Positions 26,145 through 37,900 of a stretch of DNA of 64,000 nucleotides are shown in pieces. Positions within the stretch are counted from its first letter, which is position 1. Every line of letters starts with the position of its first letter. The notes beneath the pieces are model-generated. The model saw nothing but the letters and a program-made list of their open reading frames with translations. It searched no databases and was not told where the DNA came from. The stretch covers positions 23,225,070 to 23,289,069 of the forward strand of contig CM119268.1 of assembly GCA_051294375.1 (NCBI GenBank), in the 5' to 3' direction. This DNA comes from Paraspadella gotoi. Its lineage: Eukaryota > Animalia > Chaetognatha. A program made the translations under genes and the position numbers.

Positions 26145-26216
26145 TCATCGTCGTCATCATCGTCGTCGTCATCATCATCGTCATTGTCGTCGTCGTCATC
26201 GTCGTCGTCATCATCA

Positions 26217-26255
<39 letters not shown>

Positions 26256-26295
26256 TCTTCATCGTCGTTGTCGTCATCGTCGACATCGTTGTCGT
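26145..26295. repeat. (TCG/TCA)n trinucleotide tract next to a (GCG)n tract at 26355-26420
   Basis: Directly visible. Confidence 0.85.
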
Positions 26296-26777
26296 CCTTT
26301 TCATTCTGAGCGCGTAATGGAAGAGACAAGATGGCAGACGTGTGACGAGGAAAGCGGCGGCTGCGGCGGCTGCGGCGGCGGCGGCGGCGGCGGAGAAGGA
26401 AGAGGAGGAGGCGGCGTGGGCGGCGAAAGCTCCGCCATCTCAGTCGTCGGAGAATTTAGTTATTTTCTTCTTTGTCAAAACAATAATACAATTTTCCCGC
26501 CAAAGGATGTAAACTCGGATTATGTAATAAATAAATAAAAGGGAGAAACCTCAATACTAATACTACGAATACTAATACTAAAAATACTACTTTATTACTA
26601 ATAATACTAACTCTCGTTTACTACTATTAATATTATTACAAAAAACTATTATTAGGATTTGATTTTCAGTTCAAATTTATTCAATTTAAATTAAATTTTT
26701 ACAATCGATTAATTAATCTTCTGTTTCTTTCCCTGTATCTCTCTCTCTCTTTTTCTCTCTCTCACTCTCTCTCTCTC

Positions 26778-27651
26778 NNNNNNNNNNNNNNNNNNNNNNN
26801 NNNNNNNNNNNNNNNNNNNNNNNNNNNNNNNNNNNNNNNNNNNNNNNNNNNNNNNNNNNNNNNNNNNNNNNNNNNNNNNNNNNNNNNNNNNNNNNNNNNN
26901 NNNNNNNNNNNNNNNNNNNNNNNNNNNNNNNNNNNNNNNNNNNNNNNNNNNNNNNNNNNNNNNNNNNNNNNNNNNNNNNNNNNNNNNNNNNNNNNNNNNN
27001 NNNNNNNNNNNNNNNNNNNNNNNNNNNNNNNNNNNNNNNNNNNNNNNNNNNNNNNNNNNNNNNNNNNNNNNNNNNNNNNNNNNNNNNNNNNNNNNNNNNN
27101 NNNNNNNNNNNNNNNNNNNNNNNNNNNNNNNNNNNNNNNNNNNNNNNNNNNNNNNNNNNNNNNNNNNNNNNNNNNNNNNNNNNNNNNNNNNNNNNNNNNN
27201 NNNNNNNNNNNNNNNNNNNNNNNNNNNNNNNNNNNNNNNNNNNNNNNNNNNNNNNNNNNNNNNNNNNNNNNNNNNNNNNNNNNNNNNNNNNNNNNNNNNN
27301 NNNNNNNNNNNNNNNNNNNNNNNNNNNNNNNNNNNNNNNNNNNNNNNNNNNNNNNNNNNNNNNNNNNNNNNNNNNNNNNNNNNNNNNNNNNNNNNNNNNN
27401 NNNNNNNNNNNNNNNNNNNNNNNNNNNNNNNNNNNNNNNNNNNNNNNNNNNNNNNNNNNNNNNNNNNNNNNNNNNNNNNNNNNNNNNNNNNNNNNNNNNN
27501 NNNNNNNNNNNNNNNNNNNNNNNNNNNNNNNNNNNNNNNNNNNNNNNNNNNNNNNNNNNNNNNNNNNNNNNNNNNNNNNNNNNNNNNNNNNNNNNNNNNN
27601 NNNNNNNNNNNNNNNNNNNNNNNNNNNNNNNNNNNNNNNNNNNNNNNNNNN
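26778..27651. other. Assembly gap (N run); other gaps at 12061, 27869, 34003, 40879, 41239, 49955
   Basis: N characters. Confidence 0.99.
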
Positions 27652-27992
27652 TTTCCCTCTCTTTTCTTTCATTCTTTACCAACCAAAAGTCGTACTGATA
27701 CTTTCTGGCAAGCGGGGAACCTAGCGGGGAACCAAGTCATCAAAAAGACTGAATCAACCATTTTGCTATTTTGTTATGAATTATCATCTTTTTTCCTTCT
27801 TTTATCTCTTAATTACCTCTCTTAACCTTCCCTCTTTCTCTCATTCCCTTCTCTCCTTCTCTCTCTCCNNNNNNNNNNNNNNNNNNNNNNNNNCTCTCTC
27901 TCTCTCTCTCTCTCCAATCTCTCTCTCTGTCTCTTCTTTCTGTTTCTCTCTTATCTCTCTCTTTCAGACTCTTTTATTCCTCTCGCTCTCTT

Positions 27993-28023
<31 letters not shown>

Positions 28024-28093
28024 TTCCTTTCTCTCTCCTCTCTCTTCCTTTTCTCTCCTCTCTCTCTTCTTCTCTTCCTTTCTCTCTCTTTCT

Positions 28094-28141
<48 letters not shown>

Positions 28142-28726
28142 ACTTTCCCTCTTCTTTCTTTCTTCTTTACAACAAAAGTCGTACTGATACTTTCTGCAAG
28201 CGGGACCTAGCGGCGGAACCAAGTCATCAAAAAGACTGAATCAACCATTTTTGCTATTTTTGTTATTGAATTTATCATCTTTTTCCTTCTTTTATCTCTT
28301 AAGAGTGGTACCATCTTGCTATGAAACCTTCCACTGTCGTGCGTCATTTGCCTTCATGCAGTGACGTAGCAGCGGTGATCTCCAGTCATCGTACCCCTAC
28401 CTTCGATACTGCTCAATAATCCGTGTGCATTCGTCATTAAACTTCTCTGACATGCTCCGCGATCGATGTATACGTACTTCAGGAGTTCCCTTCTCTCTCT
28501 GCTACTCTGGCCCATCTTCGATACTAACATGCGCACTTCTAGCCCTCGAATCTCGTGCTCTCCTCTTTCTACTCATTCCTTACTATCTCACGCCTCTTCT
28601 CTCCCTACTTTCTACTACTCATTTCCTTCTCTCCTTCTCTCTCTCCCTCTTTCTCTCCTTCTCTCTCTCCCTCTTTCTCTCATTTCCTTCTCTCCTCCTC
28701 TCTCTCCCTCTTTCTCTCATTTCCTC

Positions 28727-28975
28727 TCATCCCTTCCTCTTTCTCCAGAGCCTTATAGACAAGCTAGTGAAGGCCAAGATATGAAACCCAGCCAAGATGC
28801 CCAACATGGCGCAATAGTTCCTGGGCACGTGAGACGGCTTGAAGTCGAAATGATCCAGGACGTCGGATCCACGCAAAAAGTTGGTGCACGTCACGTTTTT
28901 CTTTGGGTGAGTGATGGAAGCGCAGGAGGCGGTCAGTTTGCTTTTGACCATTGTGGTCCCTTTCTCGATCATTTG
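28727..28975 (-). CDS. ABCG: ABCG terminal exon
   Basis: (CT)n tract then ttccag; QMIEKG...[25 protein letters not shown]...TM6...RKRKG*; 249 nt. Confidence 0.92.
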   Translation of the reverse strand, partial: QMIEKGTTMVKSKLTASCASITHPKKNVTCTNFLRGSDVLDHFDFKPSHVPRNYCAMLGILAGFHILAFTSLSIRLWRKRKG

Positions 28976-31900
28976 CTGGAAAAGGGAGAGAGGGAGGGAG
29001 AGGAAGAGAGGGAGAGAGGAAAGGGAGAGAAAGGGATAAGATGGGTGAGAGGAGAGAGAGGAGAGGAAGAGGGAGGGAGAGAGAGGAGATGGAGAGAGGG
29101 CACGGGGAAGGAGAGGGACGGGATGGAGAGAGGGCGAAGAGATGATAGGGGAGAAGAGGGAGTGGAGGAGGAGAGGGAGAGAGAGGGACACGAGAAGGAG
29201 AAGGACGGAGAGAGAGGTGAGTATGGGGTAGTGGAGAGGGACGGAGAGAAGTGGAGGGAGAATGAGATGGAGACGGAGGAGCGAGCGAGGGTAGATCGCG
29301 AGGATGAGGGACGGGAGATAGGTGAAGAGTTTAGGAGAATAGGAATTGGGTTAGGACATGTAGTGTTAGGGAATGGTATTAGTAAGTTAAAGGAAAGAGA
29401 CCTGGGAGGGAGAGAGAGGGAGATGGAGAGAGGGAGGGAGGAGAGGAGAGAGGAAGGGAGAGAGGCGAAAGGGGAAAGGAGAGTTTCAATATGCAAAATC
29501 AATAGAGGTGCGGCAATCAGAGATAAGTGAAACAAAAGACAATCTTAAAACAAAGAATTTTCTTTGTTAATACCTTTCTTCATCACCAGATGTCCTAACG
29601 GTTTATTTTCTTTTGTTTATGACTGCTATCTTATGATTGATTTTGTTAGCTGAATCTCTTTTGATTTGGGTTTGCCTATGAACTTGTTTCCAACCTGATA
29701 TTTTAAAACTCATATCCAAAACGATAATGATTGTTTTTTTACCTGAAATCCTCCTAATGGAAGCAATACTTTAATGAATGAGAGTTTCGTACTTAAACAC
29801 ATCAATTTTATCTACAATCAAAATCGAAACCAATCAATTTAAAACCTCGTGCAAGCTTTCCCTGCGCCATTTTAACGGTCTTAGCGTTGATCACTGAGTT
29901 GTCACGGCCTATCTGTCACGCATGTCACGCAACGATTTGGTCGTGCCACACTTGGTGAGCTCGACTTCGAACAAGACCGACTCTTCAGAGAAGACATGGA
30001 TCCAACATGATCTCGTTTCCAGGTAAGATGGGTGGCGATGTTGCATTAAGCTTACCATAATTTGCTTACGGCCCGTCCTTCTCTCCCTTTACTACGCCCT
30101 ATTAACACGACGGTGCCGACGACGACGTCAACGAGCATCTCAAAGGACAAGGGGATCAATGAACGGCTCCGACCTACGTTCGGCGCCCTCGGCTCCGCGA
30201 TCGCAAACAGCGAGGAGGAAGAACACGCCACTGCGAGCTTCAAGTTCCAGGCGCTTCTGGGGCCGCGGCAAACGGTCACGCTAACGTCGTCCAAACGTCG
30301 CCGACTCAGCCCCCGTCATTCAACTTTCCGACAACCAACAGCGAGAACTTCGTGGGACGCCGACATGGCGACCGTGAGGCAGGCAGCGAGACGATCGTCA
30401 AGAACGAAAGATAGTACGAAAACTCCGCGCGCGCCTTGCGCCGCACGCGCCCGCCTTGAACGCTCCGCAACCGGAAAGCCCGATTTGCCAGATTTCGACG
30501 TGCAATAATATATAAGAAATTTGGATATTGAAGCGCGTCGAAGCCGGCTTCGTTCCGGCTTTGGCGTCGTCGCCCTAATGGCAAAGTTTTCCCTCATTTT
30601 GGAATCCAGCATTTTGGCTGTTTAACGGTCACGACAAGATTCAACGAATTTTCTATACGGAGAACCATACCGAGGAGACGTTGCACCAGTTCCTTGAATA
30701 CTTAAGGAAAGAATTACGCGTTTTACCCGCCGCCAACAAGCGTTTACGTCCTCACTCCATACGACTGCGAAACCGATTCAACCATCAAAGCTTCTTCTCT
30801 CATCTCATACAGATAAGACCAAGACGATGACGGTGGACGACGTTTCGCATAGGAATTGGATCCTCCGCGAGATCGCGCAGCGGAAATACGACGCCTTCTC
30901 GAGGACCAAAGCGGCGAAATTTCAACGTCAGAACTTTGTGAGGTCGCAGACCGATATTTTCGACCTGCGAGTTGGGAACGTCAAATCGCGCCAGACAACG
31001 TCGATCGTCAACTCCATCAATAACCCGACGTTATTCGGACGACGATGACGCGCGACGACGAAGGCTATAAACGCCGTCAGACCCAACTTCAAGAAAAGTT
31101 CAACGGGGAAAAAAACGTCAAAATTCAGACCTCGAAAGGAAAGCCCAAGCCTAAGCTCTGATGACGCTGTGCCATATAGCATATTCAAAATTTGGGGACG
31201 ACGCAGGTCCTGTCGAGCCAGGATGCGCAAAGTTTGACGATCGAAAAAAGAAGAAAGAGGGAAAACGAAGCACGAGGGGACGCCGCAGATGTGAACGCCA
31301 GTCCCCCGCGAGGAAACTCTATCACCGGCATCTGAACGACCTCTATTATTTAAGAGACGCCCGCGTAGGACGAATATGGTTGGGGTTTACGGCGGCGCAC
31401 TTCTTTCGATCATTCCGCCAACCCTAAGAGCAAAAAGAAGCCGGCCCAGATCCGCAAAAATACGTCTACAAGCAGCAAACGGATCACCGATCAAATGCTA
31501 CGGGACGACAGATGAGAACAGTTCCATAACCGGCGATAGAAAATTCCAATACGAGTTCGTAGTCGCCGACGTAAGCCAACACATCCTCGGCGCGGATTTC
31601 CTCGCCGAGATTTATCTAGCGCCCAACCACCTGCGACGGGATTGCTGTCGATTTGACATGATTATTCAACGATCGCGGCGTCAACGCGTCAGAGACAGCA
31701 ACACACGTCAATTTCGTCGATCGCCAAGGCGAAAAAATATACAAATCTTCTCGAAACGTTTCCATCGCTCTCAACCCCGACATTTCAACTGAAGGAGCCA
31801 CGCCACGGAGTGACGCAACTCCATGCCCAACGAGGGTCGGACCCTGCCAATCGAGGGTCGACGCCTGTGATCCGGAAGAAACTGGCCGGTTCGCTGAAGC

Positions 31901-34900
31901 GATGAGGCTTGAGGAAAATTGGTCTCATTGGGGGATCGCAAAACGCGGAAAGTCAGAATGGTCCTCGGCCACTCCACGTCGTCGCCAAGCCAGATGGTGG
32001 ATGCGTTTGCTGTGGCGGATTATCGCCGACTGAACGCGTCTAAAACGGATTGACGACAAATACCCCGTCAAGACTTGTTAACGGACTTCAATTCACAGCT
32101 CGAGGGAAAAACCATTTTCTCGAAAATCGATCTGCTCAAGGGATACCACCAAATCCCAGTGGACCCAAACGACGTAAGGAAAGAAAACGGCGCGTCATTA
32201 CCGTTGGATTATACGTTTTCCCACGCTGCCATTCGGTTGAAGAATGCAGTGCAGTACTTTCAGCGATTGATGGGACGAGTATTCTGGGGAAATCCCCATA
32301 CGTTCGTCTATTTAGACGATATTATCGTCGCACAACTTCGCCGGAGGAGCTACCAGGATCTCGAACTGTCTTTAAGGCACTCGACGCAAACGGTATTGGT
32401 GATGTGAACACCAAAAAGTGCCCTACTCGGTCAGTCGGTCGCTCGAGTTCTTAGAGGGTTTTCTGGTGGACAAAAACGGCGTCCGTCGCATCTCCCATGC
32501 AAAGAGTCAAAACTTCTTACAGCTGGAGACTAACGCGGCCCTACAACAATCAAAGCAGCGTCCAGCGCTTCCTACGGAATGATCAACTATTATCGCCGAT
32601 TCATTCCTTAAGGTCGCGCGCACCGCTGCGCTCCGCTCTACGATTGCGGCTGAGTGGAAAACCGAAAAACGTTAGATGGACCGAGACGAGCGCTGGGAGA
32701 AGTTCTTTTCGAAGCCACAAGTGACGGCCTAACTTGAATAGCAGCACTACTCCACCACCCTCGCGACCGGCCGCAAAGTTGTGTCATAACAACTGGACGC
32801 TTCGACCAAGCAGTAGGAGCGCGTTGCTTGAGCGCGAGACCCATAAGATTGGGAACCGCTCGCATTTTTTTCCGCGAAATTAGGCAAAAAACCAAAGAAT
32901 GTGGCCTCCTTTCGATAAGGAACTATTTCGGCGCTTTCCGAGCAGTGCCACTTCCGCCATTGGGTTCGAAGCGCCGCAGTTCATCGCTATATACGGACCA
33001 CCAAAGCCTTGCGTATCCGCCAATCAAAGAAAAAAGGGAGCCTCAGACAGTATCCGACAATCATACAATTGTCAGTCATAGCGGGAGTTTACGACAGATA
33101 TACGATATCTAAATAGCCAACAAATGCGTAATGTCGTCGCCGACGCCTTGTCGCGTCCCAATGCAGCCATCAGCAGCACCAGCAGCTGTACCATCAAAAG
33201 CAACAACATCGACAAAGTCTGATCGCATTCAGCAGATACGCCAATCAACGAACGCCACCAAAATCGACGCCAACCTCCGCCTTCAGCTAGGCGCCGACAT
33301 CATCGAGCAACGGTCCCAACGCAACGCCGCGCCAAAATTTCCCCGGCCAAACGAGAATCGAGCAGCAGCGCAAAACGAAACGAGACGAGGACTCGTCTCA
33401 AAGTCCAACAGTCAGTCAGTCGAACCATACAGAACAATCAAGCCGATCGCCTCGAGGACCCGAGGCGCTGATCGCCTCACTTAACGAGTTTCGAAATAAA
33501 CTTCGAACAGATGGCCCAGAACAAGTACTAGACCCAGACTACCGTTAAAAATCGCGCGAAGATTCTGCGCGCAAACCTCGCCTTTAGGAAGATCCGAATG
33601 TCACGGCCGTACGAGGAACTCCTTCGTGGAACATCTCTAATGGCCCGGCTCGACCATTCGTCCCGGCTCCATTGGCGACGCCGAAATTTTTTTCGACGTA
33701 ATCCACGGGCTCGACACCCCTGGCCCGTGGATGCGACGCGCAAAGCGGTGGCGCCAAGTTTCGTCATGGGATACTAACATGCGGCAGGATGTCACGAAGT
33801 GGGCGAGGGGATACAGTTCTCCGTGCGCGCTCAGTCACTAGCTGCCAACGGCGGGTAAGGTTCATCACGCCGCACGTGATCCCGAAATAGGGAATTTAAA
33901 ATCCCACCCCCGTCGTTTCCAGCACGTCAACCTCGACCTCGTGAATAATGCCGAATAGTCGAATGGATATTTTCGCAATCTACTGACGGTATCTCTCTCT
34001 GGNNNNNNNNNNNNNNNNNNNNNNNNNAGGGAGGGAGAGGGAGAGAGGAAGGGAGAGAGGGAAAGGGAAAGGGAGAGTTTCAATATGCAAAATCAGAGGT
34101 AAAAAAGTTGTTACTTTTAAGTATTTTATGAATTTCAAGTATTTTATGAAAAAAAATAAAGTTTGTAAAATAGTATTTAACTTAAAACAACCGTCATCTT
34201 TCTAATGATTATTTTGAACGGCTAATTTTTTTCAAAAATAATGAAATTTGTTCGACCAATATAAAAATTATCCATTAATTTAATAAATAAGCTATCCTGT
34301 CCATGACTTTGGATATTACTCTGTTGGTTTAAGGCCTCCATCACTCTTACAAGATAATGACATAGCAGGTCATGACTCTCACACAGTCTCGTTTATTCAC
34401 TCCCAGATTTCTGGGCTTCCCTATCAATGAATTGGTATTTCAAAGAATGTTTCAATATTATGAAAATTCCCTTGTTTTCTTCGCTGTGATTGTGATAAAT
34501 GTCATCTTTAGACTTAACTCACTGTGAATTCACTGTGAATGTGAATATGAATTTGAATGTGAATTCGCTGTGAATGTGATAAATGTCTTCTTTAGACCTA
34601 ATTCACCTCCATCATTGCTTTCATCGCCGGGATTTTGGTCATGGCCTTTTTCCCTCTCAGTTGATGAATCTGAACGAAAGCATGTTTGAGTTGGGTCAAT
34701 TCCTTCATACCGCCAGGTTCGCATGGAGCGTCAAGTCCGTCGTAGATGGCCGACATCTCATTCTCCAGGGAATAGTAGAAGTAGGACATGTACTGCGAAA
34801 GTGAAAGGGATAAAGATTGTCATTTTGGCTTTATATTCCAAGAACGCCACATTTTATCTTAAATTCGAAATTTGGTTATTTTTTAAAGATTGGATTAAAG

Positions 34901-37900
34901 GTGAAGGAATATGTTTGGGATTAAGGGATCTGGTAAGTGATGAGGGGGAAGGATTTTCGTTAGGGTTCAGTGGTTATAGGTTAGAGTTAGGGTTAGGAAT
35001 TGGGGTTAGGAATTAGTGTTAGGGATTGGTTAGTAAAGTTAGAAATATTTTTAGGTTAAATATTAAAGTAAAAAAATAAAATTCTCCGAAAAATAGAGGA
35101 GGTATTTTTGGAAAAGAGAGCCACGATGTTTTTTGTTATTTGGTATTTAATTTTCTAAGTTTTAATCGGTCAGGCTAGGGATTATTAGAGTTTTGGTTTA
35201 GGTACAAGATTTGGTTAATTATTAAGGTTAAGAATAAGCGATAAGAATGGTATTCTGTATTAGGGTTAGGAATAAAGGTTAAGAATTAAGGTTAAATTAC
35301 GTATTTGATTAAAGATTAGGGTTAAAACATTCAACATTTTCCGAAAATAGTGGCTCAATTCCTATAAAATTGGTACAACCATTAAAAAAAATTATCCATT
35401 CATTTAAAAAATAAGCTATCTTGCCCCTGACTTTTTACTGTTTTTCTCCCAACCTGAAACACTTTAAAATAGACTGGAATGTCATCAACGACGATGAGGA
35501 ATCCGCTGAACAACATGACGATTGTCAGGATGGGCGTCACCAACGACGCCGCCACGTGGAACGAGTTGGAGAGACTCGAGGCAAAGAGACCAATGGAGAT
35601 TGCAACGGCAGCGACCATCAGGTTGGTGCCAAGGATGAAAGGATAAACGGCGGAAGTGTCGATGCTGGCCGACTTGAGAGATTTGGGTTGAAAGCGTGAG
35701 AATATTAAACCACTTGGGACCCTTGGGCGTCTCACCCTGATTTAATTTTACACCATCCAATCAATCTTAAACTCTCATCTTCAGTTTTATTCATTTCCCT
35801 GTAATTTCCCCTCATCTATCATCCAACTATTTTACACCTTTAAATTGAAATCAGAAATCCAGTCCCCTTATCCATTTTGTAAATCCTGTCCCCAAAATGT
35901 AATCCCCTTATCCCATTATGTAAATCACTGGTCTCCCGAAAATTAATTCCCCTTATCCATTTCTTAAATCCTGTCCCCCAAAATGTAATTCCCCTTATTC
36001 ATTATGTACATACGGCCTCCAAAATCCAAAATCCATTTTAAAAATCCAATTCCTAAAATCCAGTTCCTTCTAAATCGCAAATTCCCCTCTCTACTCCTTT
36101 ACCGGAGGTCGACTAGGTTTCCTTGAGAAGACCATCCAGTAGATAATGTTGATGATGATCATCGAAGTGACAAAAATCTCAAGAGAAAAGAAGATGAAGA
36201 TGGCGATGTAATAAACTACCGTCTTGTAGACTCCGCTTAGATAATCTCTGGAATGAGAGAATAAGTCTTTTTTCAAGCTTTCCTTTAATCTCTTTTCATT
36301 GTGTAGTAAGTAATTTATTCGTTGCATTTGAAATAATTAATGAAGATTTAAATTTTTATAATAATTATGTAATATTTATTTCTTTCTGACGGCATAACGT
36401 CATATATCTGAATCAGAATATATAAAGACCCTCTCTTGATGGTTTGATTCCAATCTAGTTGCACTCACAGCGTGCCCATCTTCACCTGATCACGACATCA
36501 ATGTTGTCAGGAATCACAACGATGAGCAGCATGATGGTGCTGGTGGAGACGCAGATAGTGATGGTGAAGAGAGCCCCGGGAATGCTCTGCTGGGCGCTCA
36601 CTTTGCGGAAGTCAATTTGGAACCAGGTGATTCCAATGATAAGACTCAAGACTGTGGAATAAAAATTAAAGTGGTGGTGTAGCTTATATAATTATATCGT
36701 GAAGACATGAAGTGAGCTGAAGAGTGCTATCCGCAACTTCTTTGACCCCTTCTAGCAGCCATGGAACGGGTCCTGGGCTTGGAACCAGGCTTGAGAGTTT
36801 TCTAGGCCCCCAAAGCGCTTTATGGCCGTCCACACGCTTCCCAAATGGTAGTTACCAATGGGGATAAATCCCGAAATATAATGTTCATGAGCTGATGGTG
36901 GCTCAATGAGCCACCGAGTCATGACTGAATATTTCATGCTAATAGGTGGGGTGAACTTTTAGAAATGCCCGACTACAATTACGAGGTCAATCCTTTGGTT
37001 CAGAATAAGATCAATATTTTGGTCGATTGTTTGAAAGATCATTGGGTCAGTACCATTGGTCAACTTTCCAGTTTATTGCCTCAATGAGGTTACAAGAAGT
37101 AAAAGTTTACTAAAGCGGTGCCAGGTCATACTTGCTCATGCTTGTACTCACGAGTGTTGAGTATGAGACGAACTAAAAAGGACATGGGCTCTCTCATAGT
37201 CGCTATAGTTTGACGCTTAAAGATCTCGCCAACCTGTCAAAAAAACAAACAAAAAAAAACAGAAAGGCTATTCAAACATCTAGATGTTTTCTTTTACATA
37301 TGTAAATTGCAATATGTAGCCAAACGTTACCAGGCTAAACTCTCACCTGCCGATTGAACAATAGGTATTTTTTGCAACACGACAACTTGACTTTGTTATC
37401 CCGAAAATTAGCCGATCCTGGCGAATTGATTAGATCATCAATGTCCTGAAAAAAGAATCAAGTTCTCAGCGATGCATTTATAGATGTATTTCTCTCTTTC
37501 TCTCTCTTTCTCTCTCTCTCTTTCCATCCCTCATATTTCTCAAAGCATCTGTCTAATGTCAACACATCTGTCTAATGTCAATGCCCCTGTCTAATGTTAA
37601 CGCACCTGTCTAATGTCAATGCTCCTGTCTAATGTCAACGCACCTGTTTAATATCAACGCACCTGTCTAACGTCAGCGCATTTGTCTAATGTCAACGCAC
37701 CTGTCTAATATCAGCGCATTCTTTGCTGCTCTCAAAAGCCTCCGTCAATTTCTGAACTCTTTCGCGACACTGATCCTCTTTGCCAGGAATCACGGCCAAA
37801 GTGAAGATGTAATGATCGGCCGGGTTGTATGCCTGAGGGCACGGAAACCCCGCCCGTTGAAAGGCAGCCATGCAGTCGACGGTAGAGCCGATGAAGGCGC

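Noticed and set aside
26713-27682. Long X-filled ORFs
   Set aside because: They are translations of an N gap
27652-28560. Local duplication (27652-27820 vs 28143-28300) and odd sequence at 28300-28560
   Set aside because: Flanks a 25-N spacer; most likely over-fill and low-quality read sequence
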